A stretch of DNA of 64,000 bases from a virus (Duplodnaviria; Caudoviricetes). Below, piece after piece: positions 45,417 through 54,610 of the stretch. The notes under the pieces were generated by a model, which searched no databases, was not told the DNA's origin, and saw nothing but the letters and a program-made list of their open reading frames with translations. Where the stretch lies: IMG/VR virus record IMGVR_UViG_3300028379_000001, positions 4,186 through 68,185 of that record, one strand, 5' to 3'. The stretch's first letter is position 1. Every line of letters begins with the position of its first letter. A program made the position numbers and the translations under genes.

Positions 45417-45863
45417 CTACCCGCCCGTCAGAGCGTCGCCGTGCGCCTCGACGACCGCACGGAGTTCGTAGCCGTTCCGGGGGATGATCGCGGTGACCTC
45501 CCAGCGCTGGCCGCGCTCGTCGTTCCAGAAGTCGCCGGTCTGCACGTCGGCGTCCCACTCGCCAAGCAACACGTACTCCACGCGCCGCTCGGTCCCGTCT
45601 TCGGTCCGCTGCTCGATCGAGCCCCCGGCGGGGCTCTGCATGATGAGCTTGAAGGTCTGCAACGGGGTCTGAGCTGCTCCCTGCCGCTTGATTCCGCCTC
45701 CGGGCGTCCGAACCGACCCCGAGCGGGTCAGCGACAGGGAGATGGGGTCTGCCTCGATGAACGCCTTGGTGTTGAGACGGTTGATCCACAGCTCCGCCGA
45801 CCGGTCATCCGGCGTCGCGACGGGCGGCGCCGGGGTCTCGGGCGAACTCGGGATGTACACCAT
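45417..45863 (-). CDS. Head-to-tail stopper-like protein
   Basis: Synteny; DVQTGDFW...RWEVTAI. Confidence 0.6.
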   Translation of the reverse strand: MVYIPSSPETPAPPVATPDDRSAELWINRLNTKAFIEADPISLSLTRSGSVRTPGGGIKRQGAAQTPLQTFKLIMQSPAGGSIEQRTEDGTERRVEYVLLGEWDADVQTGDFWNDERGQRWEVTAIIPRNGYELRAVVEAHGDALTGG

Positions 45864-45864
45864 G

Positions 45865-46197
45865 TCAGATCCTCACGATGGCGCCGTTGCGAGCCCGCCC
45901 CTCGGTCGCCACCTCTTCCTCGGTCTCCTCGGCGTCCGCGAGCGCACCCCACTTCTCCGCGAGCGCGCTCATCCGGGCGTAGATCGCATCGTTCCCGCGC
46001 GACGACCCGGACTCCGAGATGTTGACGAGCGTGATCACGTTCTGCGCGCGCTTGGCCCAGTAGACCGCGATGATGCGGGTGGGCGTCTGACCCACGACGT
46101 CCAGGCGCCGCACGATCTCGACCTCCCCGAATCCGTACGCGGTCGCGTCGTCCTCGATGTTGTCCTTGACCTTGGCGATGTCAATGGGATCTGCCAT
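45865..46197 (-). CDS. Head-to-tail adaptor-like protein
   Basis: 110 aa helical; synteny. Confidence 0.6.
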   Translation of the reverse strand: MADPIDIAKVKDNIEDDATAYGFGEVEIVRRLDVVGQTPTRIIAVYWAKRAQNVITLVNISESGSSRGNDAIYARMSALAEKWGALADAEETEEEVATEGRARNGAIVRI

Positions 46198-46205
46198 GAT
46201 TCCTC

Positions 46206-47732
46206 CTATGCCGCGAGTACGTGATGATAGCGGCCCGGCTCCATCGGGGAAGGCGGGATGTCGGCGAATGCGTACACGTCCATCATTGCCTGCAGTCCGG
46301 TCTCGACTGCTCCAAGCGTATTGGAGTAGGTCAGGTTACCGGACGACGGGGACGGCGAGCCAGAAGCCAGCGCGGTATCCCAGCAAGCCATTGATATGTT
46401 GTAGCCGTTGCCCGAGATGAAGGATGCCGGGCTCGCGGTCAGTGCGGCGAATGTGCTTCCGGGCTGCGACACGACCGGAGCAGAGATTGCCGTGTTGTCG
46501 CGAGTCGACGTGATGAGGAGCAGTCGGTCCTTGGTGTAGAAGGCCGGATTGGTCCAGGTGACCGACGGGTTGTTGACGGCGGTGGCCCAGTTGTCCCGAT
46601 ACCACCAGTCCGCGCTCCACGTCACGTTCGCCCGCCCGGCTTCGGCGCGGTAGGCGACAATCGTCGCCAGGATGACGCGCTGAGCACTGTTAGTGCCGCT
46701 GGCGAACGACGCGATTGTCGGCGCGCTCATGCCTGCGGTCGCGAGCTTCTTGAACACGGTCAGGCGCGTCCGGCCCGTGCCCTCGGCGAAGCTCTCGGAT
46801 GCGGCCGTGTTCCAGAACGTGAAGTGTCGCTCCCACCCTGCGGGCGTGTCCGGGATAACGACCTGGCCCGTGTCCTCCCGCCCGGCGGTCGCGACGGACG
46901 GGCTCTTGTTGGCGACGATGCAGTACAGCATGTCGTCGGCGGCCCACCCGGTCGGCATGTTCGGGACGACCGATGCGCCCGCGCCCGAGCTGACGGTTGC
47001 GCCCGCGCCGACGCGGGTGATGTTGATCTGCTCCTGCTGGACGGGCTCGGTTGTGCTGGCGGACTTGAGCACGAGCGAGACGCCCCGCCCCGGCGAGCCG
47101 TTCGCGTTCCCGGCCGTCGAGGTCGCGGCGACCCCGTTGGAGTTCCCGGCGCCCATCGCGAGCGTCGCGGTCCCCATCGACATCCACTCACCCGAGGAGT
47201 CACACTGTTCCGTGTGCCCGGCGGGCGGCGTCCAGACAGGCGTGCCGGTCTTGGCCGCGTCATACCAGTACTTGTGATAGAAGCGGACCACGAGCGAGTC
47301 CGCTTCCGGCACCGTCACGTCCGGGCATTCGACCGTCAGGTCTCGGGTCGCCTGGTTTGTACGAGTCGGAGCGACCGACGGAACGATGTCCGCGCCGGGC
47401 ACCTTAATCATGTTGACCTGGAAGGAACCGGCGGCCCCGCCATTCTGCTGGAATGTGTAGACGGTCGGATCGCCCGTCTGCCACTTCTTCATCAGGACGG
47501 CAGAGAGTCCCGTGTCTCCATCGCCCGTAGCCTCCCGAGGGAAAGTGGCTACGGCCGCAAACCCGCCATTGCCCGTGATTGCGGTGGCCGTGACGTTGTC
47601 CTGCGTCAGTCCCGCGTATGCGACGAGGATGTCGCCGTCTGCCGTTCCGGTCGGAACGGTAACGTCGCGTTCCGTAACGTTCTGGCCCGACGCCATATCC
47701 GCCGTCGAGCCAGCAACCGCACCGAGCGGCAT
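46206..47732 (-). CDS. Beta-rich virion appendage protein with two related domains
   Basis: VTVPTGTADGDILVA and PNMPTGWAADDMLYC repeats. Confidence 0.65.
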   Translation of the reverse strand: MPLGAVAGSTADMASGQNVTERDVTVPTGTADGDILVAYAGLTQDNVTATAITGNGGFAAVATFPREATGDGDTGLSAVLMKKWQTGDPTVYTFQQNGGAAGSFQVNMIKVPGADIVPSVAPTRTNQATRDLTVECPDVTVPEADSLVVRFYHKYWYDAAKTGTPVWTPPAGHTEQCDSSGEWMSMGTATLAMGAGNSNGVAATSTAGNANGSPGRGVSLVLKSASTTEPVQQEQINITRVGAGATVSSGAGASVVPNMPTGWAADDMLYCIVANKSPSVATAGREDTGQVVIPDTPAGWERHFTFWNTAASESFAEGTGRTRLTVFKKLATAGMSAPTIASFASGTNSAQRVILATIVAYRAEAGRANVTWSADWWYRDNWATAVNNPSVTWTNPAFYTKDRLLLITSTRDNTAISAPVVSQPGSTFAALTASPASFISGNGYNISMACWDTALASGSPSPSSGNLTYSNTLGAVETGLQAMMDVYAFADIPPSPMEPGRYHHVLAA

Positions 47733-49099
47733 CAGGTCGCGCTAACCGTGCAAGACGCCAGGATCCAGGCGCCAATTCCGGACTCGTACTCCATCGTCGC
47801 CAGCATGACCTGTCCGGCGGGGATCGCGACGGTGCGGGAGGTGATGCCCGTCGAGGTCCGGACGGCGGCCGGGAAGACGAAGTTGCGAGTGGCGGTGACG
47901 GCCCGAGCGACGACACGGAGGATCTGGCCGTCGACCGGGTTGGAGATCGTGTTCAGGCCCGAGTCGTGGTTCAGGATGAACTTCAACCGGAGCGGAGCCC
48001 CGGCCGCGCCGTTCGCATCTACGTTGTAAGTTCCCGCGCTGGCGGTTGTGTTCTCGGACAGAGCCGTCATCACGCGCGGGAGCCGCAGCGCATTCAGCGT
48101 CCCGACCGAGACGTCCGCCGCGTCGTGTGCGTGGGACGCTAGCTCAGCGAGCGGCTGCTTGCCGGACACGAGCGAGCCAACGCCGTTCGATGCGCCCCGC
48201 GCGGTGGCGAGCATCTTCGCGTCGAGTTCCGCCTGGAGCCCGGTTACGTTGGAGACGGCGTGCGTGTGCCCGGTTGCGGACTTCGCGTCCAGAGCCGCCT
48301 GCAGGCCGGTCACGTCCGAGACGACGTGGCCGTGGGACGTGTTAGCCTTGCCCGCGAGCCCGGAGGTGACGTCTGCCGCCTCCGCCAGGCCCGTCACCGG
48401 GCCAGTCCGCCCGTTCACGGACGAGACCGGAGACGCCGGGTACGTCATCGCCCGCCAGTTGGCGAGGGTGGACGACGGCTCCGCGATGAGCTGGTAGTCG
48501 ACGCCCAGGTCCGTCCGCGACGCCCAGTCCCCTCGTTGCCCCGAGAGCGCGAGCATAGCCGCCTGACTCCCGACGGCGCCTAGGAACTCCGTTAGAGCGA
48601 TAGCGGGCAGCTGAGCCTGCGGGAGCTTGCCTCCTGAGTCGAGGGAGGCCGGGCCGTTCGCCTGTCCGAGGGTGGACGCGGCGATGTAGCCTGTGAGGGC
48701 GTCGGTCCCGCCCGGCACGTGCGACGCGGCGTGCGCGAGTGGCGTTCGTGCATCCGTCAACCGCGCGTCGTCCCGGCGGACCGGGTGGGTGACGAGGTTG
48801 CCGACGGGCACGGCCGGGGCGGTCCCGAACGTCTTGGCGCCGTTGATGGTCTCGGCGCCGGTGTTGTGGACGACGGCGCTGTCGGCCGCCTTCGCGTCGA
48901 GCGCCGCCTGGAGACTGGTGACGTCTGCGATCGCGTGCGTGTGCACCGTGTTGGCCTTGCCGGTGATCGCGGTTGCGACCTCGGCAGCGGTCATGTACTG
49001 CGGGTGCGGATCGGCTGCGGCCTCGTGCGGGCCGATCGGTGCGTCTGAACCGGCTGGCCCCTGTGGGCCGCGCAAGTTCCCTACAGGAGTCCACCCCAT
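47732..49099 (-). CDS. Fibre protein with HTHxIxDVTGLQAALD repeats
   Basis: Three HxH-V/I-xx-VT-LQA-LD repeats; short collagen N-terminus. Confidence 0.75.
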   Translation of the reverse strand: MGWTPVGNLRGPQGPAGSDAPIGPHEAAADPHPQYMTAAEVATAITGKANTVHTHAIADVTSLQAALDAKAADSAVVHNTGAETINGAKTFGTAPAVPVGNLVTHPVRRDDARLTDARTPLAHAASHVPGGTDALTGYIAASTLGQANGPASLDSGGKLPQAQLPAIALTEFLGAVGSQAAMLALSGQRGDWASRTDLGVDYQLIAEPSSTLANWRAMTYPASPVSSVNGRTGPVTGLAEAADVTSGLAGKANTSHGHVVSDVTGLQAALDAKSATGHTHAVSNVTGLQAELDAKMLATARGASNGVGSLVSGKQPLAELASHAHDAADVSVGTLNALRLPRVMTALSENTTASAGTYNVDANGAAGAPLRLKFILNHDSGLNTISNPVDGQILRVVARAVTATRNFVFPAAVRTSTGITSRTVAIPAGQVMLATMEYESGIGAWILASCTVSAT

Positions 49100-49102
49100 G
49101 GC

Positions 49103-49747
49103 TCAGTCCAGCCGGTAGACCTGGCCGTCGGCCAAGTCGATGTAGTGGTCGCCGAGAACCTGCCCGGAGACCGTGCCGGGTGCGCCGGTACCAGAGGTGA
49201 CGCGGTTGCCTCGCGGTCCCTGGGTACCGGTCGTGCCCTGGATGCCCTGGATACCTTGGATGCCCTGGTCGCCCTGGTCCCCCTTGTCACCCTTGACGCC
49301 CTGGATACCCTGGTTGCCCTGCGGACCCTGGGGGCCGTCGTCGCCAGTGACACCCTGGATACCCTGGATACCCTGGGGACCCTGCGGCCCCCGGAACTCG
49401 ACACCCGAGCCGTTCGGCGGGAACGCCGTCCCGGACCAGATGTAGAGCTTGCCGTCCGCGTTGACGAGGTACCCGTCACCCGCATCGCCCGCGCCGAGCC
49501 CGCTCGGCAGGTTCGCGTACGTCGCGACGGAGCCCGCGATCTCGATACCGGCGCCGTCCTCGCCAGCAGGACCATCCGCACCCGCCGGGCCGGTCGGACC
49601 GGTCGCACCCTGGACTCCCTGGATGCCCTGAGGCCCCTGCTCGCCCTGTTCGCCGGGGATACCCTGGATACCCTGGATACCCTGATCACCGGTGTCGCCC
49701 TTGTCACCCTTCGGACCCTTGACGGATCCAACTACAACCCAAGGCAT
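49103..49747 (-). CDS. Collagen-like (Gly-X-Y) fibre protein
   Basis: Two long GXY tracts around a small globular domain. Confidence 0.85.
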   Translation of the reverse strand: MPWVVVGSVKGPKGDKGDTGDQGIQGIQGIPGEQGEQGPQGIQGVQGATGPTGPAGADGPAGEDGAGIEIAGSVATYANLPSGLGAGDAGDGYLVNADGKLYIWSGTAFPPNGSGVEFRGPQGPQGIQGIQGVTGDDGPQGPQGNQGIQGVKGDKGDQGDQGIQGIQGIQGTTGTQGPRGNRVTSGTGAPGTVSGQVLGDHYIDLADGQVYRLD

Positions 49748-49756
49748 TGCTACTCC

Positions 49757-50173
49757 TTAGCGCAGCTGGTACAGGATACCAGTCTCGTTGTCGTGGTACA
49801 TGTCGCCGGGTCCAGAGCCGAGCACAACGCCCGGAACTCCCTCGCCGTTGAACCAGTCCACAATCGGATGGTCGGATGTGCCGCCGCCACCAACGCCGAT
49901 CGCCGGGTCTTCCGGATGAATGGGCACGAGCACCGAGATCACTCGACCATTGATGAAGAGTCCGTACCCGCCCGGCTCCGCGAAAAATGCCAGGTTGCCG
50001 TACTCATCGGTCGCCGTCGGATTGGACGCGAACTCGGTCTTGGTCTTGTCGGTGAAGAGGGACGCAACCGATCCATCGCTGTTCAGAACGGTCGCGCTCA
50101 CGTTGCGCGCCGGACGACCGTCCGGCAGCTCGAATCCTTCGGGGCCGTACAGCCCCGCCAGTGTGGTTGCCAT
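49757..50173 (-). CDS. Small beta-sandwich virion protein
   Basis: NPTATDEYGNLAFFAEPGGY. Confidence 0.65.
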   Translation of the reverse strand: MATTLAGLYGPEGFELPDGRPARNVSATVLNSDGSVASLFTDKTKTEFASNPTATDEYGNLAFFAEPGGYGLFINGRVISVLVPIHPEDPAIGVGGGGTSDHPIVDWFNGEGVPGVVLGSGPGDMYHDNETGILYQLR

Positions 50174-50184
50174 GTGCCCTCCCT

Positions 50185-50223
50185 ACACAAAGGCGGGGCT
50201 GACCGTTGCCAGCCAGCCCCGCC
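50185..50223 (-). terminator. Rho-independent terminator after the capsid genes
   Basis: 10-bp stem 50192-201/50214-23 followed by TTTGTGT on the minus strand. Confidence 0.7.
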
Positions 50224-50236
50224 CGTTGATGATCGG

Positions 50237-50539
50237 TCAGTCCGTCTCGGGACCGGCCTCGATGAGCCGCTTCTGGAGTTCGGCCTTGTTGCCGGTCGTG
50301 GCCAGGTCGCGCTCGCTGAGAGCGTCGCGCAGCTCCTCCACGTTCAGCTCCTTGACCTCGTCCTCCCAGGTGAACTCCTCGGAGCCCTCCTGCTCGTCCG
50401 TCGCCCCCTGGGGAGCGGAGGGCGAGCTGGACGAGAAGCGACGATCGTTCTGGAGCACGAGGTGTCGACGACCCCGCGCCAGCAGGTACGCCCGATCCTC
50501 GGTGTTCAGCTTCTTGGTCAGATCGACCTGGTGGCTCAT
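50237..50539 (-). CDS. SAP-domain protein
   Basis: LNVEELRDALSERDLATTGNKAELQKRL matches the SAP motif. Confidence 0.75.
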   Translation of the reverse strand: MSHQVDLTKKLNTEDRAYLLARGRRHLVLQNDRRFSSSSPSAPQGATDEQEGSEEFTWEDEVKELNVEELRDALSERDLATTGNKAELQKRLIEAGPETD

Positions 50540-51864
50540 GCGACCAGCACCCCGTTGTTCGCGTACGCGGCGGGCGGGTCGTACGTCGAGGACGTACCGT
50601 TGCCGCCGATCATCATGATCGCGGCGCCACCGCGCTGACGGATGCCCGTGCCGAACGCGCGGGCGTAGTAGCTGTCGATCAGCGGGTACCGCTGCTGGTT
50701 GCCCGGCAGCAGTCGCAGACCCCGGTAGAGCGGGTTGGCGTGCTCACGGAGACCGACCGGGTTCTGGAGATCGCCCTCCCCGCCCGAGCCGAGCAGGACG
50801 ACGTACCCCGACGGGATGAACGCCTCCTCCACGATCAGGATGCCCGCGTACGAGCCGATGACGGGGAGCCCGTTCCACGACGACGGCGGCTTGGAGCCGA
50901 TGAGACCGTCGGCGTTCGGGACGATCATGGTCGGCTGTCCGTCGGCCGGGATGAAGTCGAACGTCGCCTCGGCGCCGTTGTTGTTCTCCACACCCGCCTT
51001 GAACTTCCGGATCTCCTTGATCTCGTCCCGGTTGCACAGGAGGACGAACGTGGTGCCCTGCTCGATCCCGTACCCGTGGTGGGCGACGTTCTCGTACAGG
51101 TCCTCCAGGTCGTCGGAGTCGATCACGCTCTGCCCACTGGTCATGTAGTGCGAGTGGGTGTTGTCGAACGTGATGTCCTTCCACTTCGGCGGGACCGCGC
51201 CGTCCTTGCCGTTGTACAACGAGAACACCGTGTAGTTGTTCTTGTTGATGTCGGCGTCGCGGTTGTCGTCCTGGAAGAGCGCCTCCATGACCTTCTTGAA
51301 GATCAGGCGGTTGTCGGCGCCGAGCGCCTGCTGGTGCAGGTTCTCGATCTGGCGGGCGTCCGCGTCCCGGAGGAACTTCCAGGTGTAGCGGGTCGCCAGG
51401 TCGTAGTCGTGGAAGTCGTACGCCAGCTGGAAGTACGAGATCGCGGCGCGCTGCCCCTGCGGCTCCCCGAACTCGGAAGCCATCTCGAACGTGCCCTCGC
51501 CACCCTGCGGGACGTTCTCGATCAGCTGCGTCACCGGGAACGTCATGAGAGCGACCAGCGCGGCCCGCTTCTCGTTGTAGACGTCGAGGACGAGCTGGAA
51601 CTCCTCCCACATCGCGTTGAGGTCGATGCCGTCGTTGGTGGCGGTGACGATGTCACCCTGGGTCATGTAGCCGCCGCCCTCGGCGCCACCGATGCCGGGC
51701 AGGTACCCGATCGACGCCAGGGACAGCATCTCCTTGCCCGTCATCGGGGACGAGCCGATCGGCCCCTCCCAGATCTTCGGGGTCAGGATCGGGTGGTTGG
51801 CCAGGGACAGCTCCATCTGGTACCGCGCGTAGTCCTTGGACAGGCGGTTCATCTTCACGCTCAT
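50536..51864 (-). CDS. Major capsid protein
   Basis: 442 aa after scaffold/decoration genes; EMASEFGEP, YDLATRYTW, YARAFGTG. Confidence 0.85.
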   Translation of the reverse strand: MSVKMNRLSKDYARYQMELSLANHPILTPKIWEGPIGSSPMTGKEMLSLASIGYLPGIGGAEGGGYMTQGDIVTATNDGIDLNAMWEEFQLVLDVYNEKRAALVALMTFPVTQLIENVPQGGEGTFEMASEFGEPQGQRAAISYFQLAYDFHDYDLATRYTWKFLRDADARQIENLHQQALGADNRLIFKKVMEALFQDDNRDADINKNNYTVFSLYNGKDGAVPPKWKDITFDNTHSHYMTSGQSVIDSDDLEDLYENVAHHGYGIEQGTTFVLLCNRDEIKEIRKFKAGVENNNGAEATFDFIPADGQPTMIVPNADGLIGSKPPSSWNGLPVIGSYAGILIVEEAFIPSGYVVLLGSGGEGDLQNPVGLREHANPLYRGLRLLPGNQQRYPLIDSYYARAFGTGIRQRGGAAIMMIGGNGTSSTYDPPAAYANNGVLVA

Positions 51865-52277
51865 CAGGCACCCACCGCCGCGCCCTCGTCGACAGAAACG
51901 ACGAGACGCCCCTTCTCGACCGTGTGGCCGACGTAGATCCCACCCGTGGCGGCGGCCTGGACCGCGCCCGTGGTGGCGTTGACGTACACCTTGATGCCCG
52001 GCGCGGCGAGCGCGAGGGGCGCAGCGGGGATACCCGCCACGTCGAACTCGACGATCTCGCCCCGCTTCATCGGGTCGACCGGCTCGCGGCCCGCCTTGAC
52101 GATGCGGGTGAGGATCAGAACACCGATGATCCCGGTGGCGCCCGCGCCCTTGACGATGCGACCGGCGTTGTTCAGGCCCACGCCGACGACCTTGTTAAGG
52201 TCGGCGGCGAGCCAGTCCGCCGCCAGGAACGCGCGCGTCCCCGACATCTTCGAGTCGTACTTGTCATACTTGGCCAC
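51864..52277 (-). CDS. Capsid decoration/cement protein
   Basis: 137 aa, Gly/Ala/Val-rich beta protein between scaffold and capsid. Confidence 0.65.
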   Translation of the reverse strand: MAKYDKYDSKMSGTRAFLAADWLAADLNKVVGVGLNNAGRIVKGAGATGIIGVLILTRIVKAGREPVDPMKRGEIVEFDVAGIPAAPLALAAPGIKVYVNATTGAVQAAATGGIYVGHTVEKGRLVVSVDEGAAVGA

Positions 52278-52308
52278 GAGTCGGTCTTCCCTTCTTCTCG
52301 GTGGCTAG

Positions 52309-53025
52309 CTAGCGCCGAAGCTTGTACTTCTTCGCCATCTCTTCCCGACGCTTGTTCTTCTCGTCGGGCTGCCCGCTCTGCGGGCTGTGACCGCTGGCAC
52401 CATTCTGGGCGCCGGTCCCGTTCTTGCTGTCCTTGTCCTTGTCGTCCTGCTGAGTCTTGCCCTTCAGCAGGAACGGCTTGTCCTTGGACAGCTTGGTCAG
52501 GGCATCCTTGACGCCCTTGACCTTGCCCGTCTCCTGGTCGACGTCGAGGTCGTCCATGTCCACGAGCTGAAGCACCACCTCGGGGTCGTGCCAGGTGAAG
52601 CCGGGGTACTGCAGGATGGCGTTGGCGATCTTCCCGCGAAGGTTCTCCTTCTCCAGGTGCTCCAGCTTCTGCTGGGCCACCTGCAGGTCACGCTGTGCCT
52701 TCTCCAGCTCCGACCTCTCGGCGTCGTCCATCTCCTGGAGACGCTTCTCGGCCTTGCCCTTGGCCTCGTCCGCCGCGTTCAGGCGTCGAAGGATGGTGTT
52801 GTAGTCCTCCTCGGAGTACATCTTCGGCTGGATCGCAGCGCCGTCGCCCGAGGGATCTCCCTCGGGGTTGGCGTCCTTGTCCTTGTCCGAGTCAGTGCCC
52901 GAGTTGCTGCCGTCTCCGCCATCGTTGTCGCCGTTCTCGGCGCCACAGATCAGGTAGATCGGGAAGCCGGTGGACGTGACACCAAGGACGCGGGTCATCC
53001 GCGACTTGGCGAGCATCTTGCTCAT
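52309..53025 (-). CDS. Scaffolding protein
   Basis: Start re-called to ATG 53025 after GGAGG; acidic linker, coiled coil, KLSKDKPFLLK. Confidence 0.8.
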   Translation of the reverse strand: MSKMLAKSRMTRVLGVTSTGFPIYLICGAENGDNDGGDGSNSGTDSDKDKDANPEGDPSGDGAAIQPKMYSEEDYNTILRRLNAADEAKGKAEKRLQEMDDAERSELEKAQRDLQVAQQKLEHLEKENLRGKIANAILQYPGFTWHDPEVVLQLVDMDDLDVDQETGKVKGVKDALTKLSKDKPFLLKGKTQQDDKDKDSKNGTGAQNGASGHSPQSGQPDEKNKRREEMAKKYKLRR

Positions 53026-53093
53026 TAAGAGTCCTCCAGATTGGTGCCAGACTTGACGGTTCATAATGATACCGGATCGCAGACCAATCACGA

Positions 53094-54020
53094 TCACCGG
53101 TCGAAGTTGTAAGTCTCCTTCAAGTACCCGTCCCAGTCGCCACTGACGAGACGGTCGAGGAATGCGCCGGGCTCCATTGTCTTGGGGAACGTGTAGCACA
53201 GGCACTGGGGGTGCGGTTTCGCCGGAACCTCGCCGAGCGGGAAGACGCCCTTGCCGAGCTTGGAGTGGTCGCGGCGGGCGTACGTGTCGCAGATATCGAC
53301 CGTCGGATGCGAGCCCGAGAGGTTCCACTGCATCCCCTCGTTCCACGGCTTGTCCTCGTTGTGGACGATGGTGACGGCGTGGTACGCGTTGTTGATCTCG
53401 GTCCGGGCCAGACGCTTCGCCGCGTAGCTCGCGCCGCCCTTGACGTTCGGGTCCACGAACGCCACAACCTCGTCGCGGAGCCGGGCGACGGTTGCGCCCC
53501 GCCCGAGCGCGGCGTCAATCCGGCTCTCGACCCAGCCGTCGGTGAGCGCCTGGGTCTTGTAGACCTGCTCCGAGAGCGGGATGCGGGACTTGTAGATCCG
53601 CGCAATCATCGCCTCCACGTTGAAGCGCCCGGCCTCGGTGATCGACTCCTTCATCGCGGCGCGCTTCTGGGCGGTGATGTTGAGCTTGAGCAGCGGCGCG
53701 TCCCAGTCGAAGCTCGTGCGCAGAGCCTCGGTCGCCGCGTCCGCCTGGCCCGCGCGGAGGAGGTCCCCCATCAGGTTCCAGAAACTCGACAGCGTTCCGG
53801 AGATCGCGGTCATGCTCGCCATGAGCTGCTGCGAGCGGACGACGGCGCCGATCGACTCCAGGTCGCCGAGCGCGTCGAACTCGTTACGCGCTGACGCCAT
53901 CGCTTCCCGCAGGCGTAAGTCCACCTGTGCGTCGTAGCGCCACTGTAGGCGCAAGTACCGGGTAAGCCATATCCGGGAGTCCGATTGTCCCGTCGCGCCG
54001 GATCGGTTGGGCGTTGTCAC
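53094..54020 (-). CDS. MuF-like minor head protein
   Basis: AKRLARTEINNAYH...DICD...PHPQCLC. Confidence 0.85.
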   Translation of the reverse strand: MTTPNRSGATGQSDSRIWLTRYLRLQWRYDAQVDLRLREAMASARNEFDALGDLESIGAVVRSQQLMASMTAISGTLSSFWNLMGDLLRAGQADAATEALRTSFDWDAPLLKLNITAQKRAAMKESITEAGRFNVEAMIARIYKSRIPLSEQVYKTQALTDGWVESRIDAALGRGATVARLRDEVVAFVDPNVKGGASYAAKRLARTEINNAYHAVTIVHNEDKPWNEGMQWNLSGSHPTVDICDTYARRDHSKLGKGVFPLGEVPAKPHPQCLCYTFPKTMEPGAFLDRLVSGDWDGYLKETYNFDR

Positions 54021-54381
54021 TGGTAATCCTCCACTCGTACACGTCCTTGAAAGTCACAATCCAGTAGCGCCAGGCCGGATAGTGCCAGCCCTCCAGATCG
54101 CCCTTGCTCGGCCGCTCCCGCCCGCGTGGGTGCGAGTGGTAGATCCCGATGACGTCCTCCAGCTTGTCCATCATGATGTCGACGGTCTGCTTGGGGTCCA
54201 TTGTGAAGTTCTGGTCCGGCTTGGAGTGCGTGTTCCGGATCGGCCAGACCGTGAAGTCCTTCATCACAAATCCGCACATCTCCGTCATGCCCCGCGTCTT
54301 CGCCATGCTCACAAGCGCATGGGCAACCTCTTCCGGCATTACCCTGAAAGTCGGGTCTGTCTTGTGCCAGGTTGACGGCAT
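54017..54381 (-). CDS. JAB/MPN (Mov34-like) metalloprotease domain protein
   Basis: EMCG...NTHSKPDQNFTMDP...GIYHSHPRGRERPSKGD (ExnHxHx10D). The ORF track runs this frame to 53884, so the C-terminus overlaps MuF. Confidence 0.8.
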
Positions 54382-54398
54382 TGTTCCTCCGATATGGA

Positions 54399-54429
54399 GG
54401 ACCGGCCCTGTGCGTAGCAGGGCCGGTCC
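54399..54429. terminator. Perfect 12-bp hairpin upstream of the JAB gene
   Basis: GGACCGGCCCTG-TGCGTAG-CAGGGCCGGTCC. Confidence 0.55.
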
Positions 54430-54440
54430 AGTTCAGGGGG

Positions 54441-54506
54441 TCAGCGGTTCTTCTTCTTGCGTCGGTCCTTCTTGCCCCGGCCGCCCTTCGCCTTTCCTCG
54501 CGCCAT
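54441..54506 (-). CDS. 21-aa protamine-like peptide MARGKAKGGRGKKDRRKKKNR
   Basis: ATG after GAGGAGGG; competes with overlapping 54433-54633 ORF. Confidence 0.4.
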   Translation of the reverse strand: MARGKAKGGRGKKDRRKKKNR

Positions 54507-54610
54507 TCCATCCCTCCTCTCCAACAATCCAGTCACGCCACGCTCCGAGCATTCGGGCCAGGAGGTCGTCTCCCGCCCGGGCGCCCTCACGCGACAGCCG
54601 CGTCAGCAGC

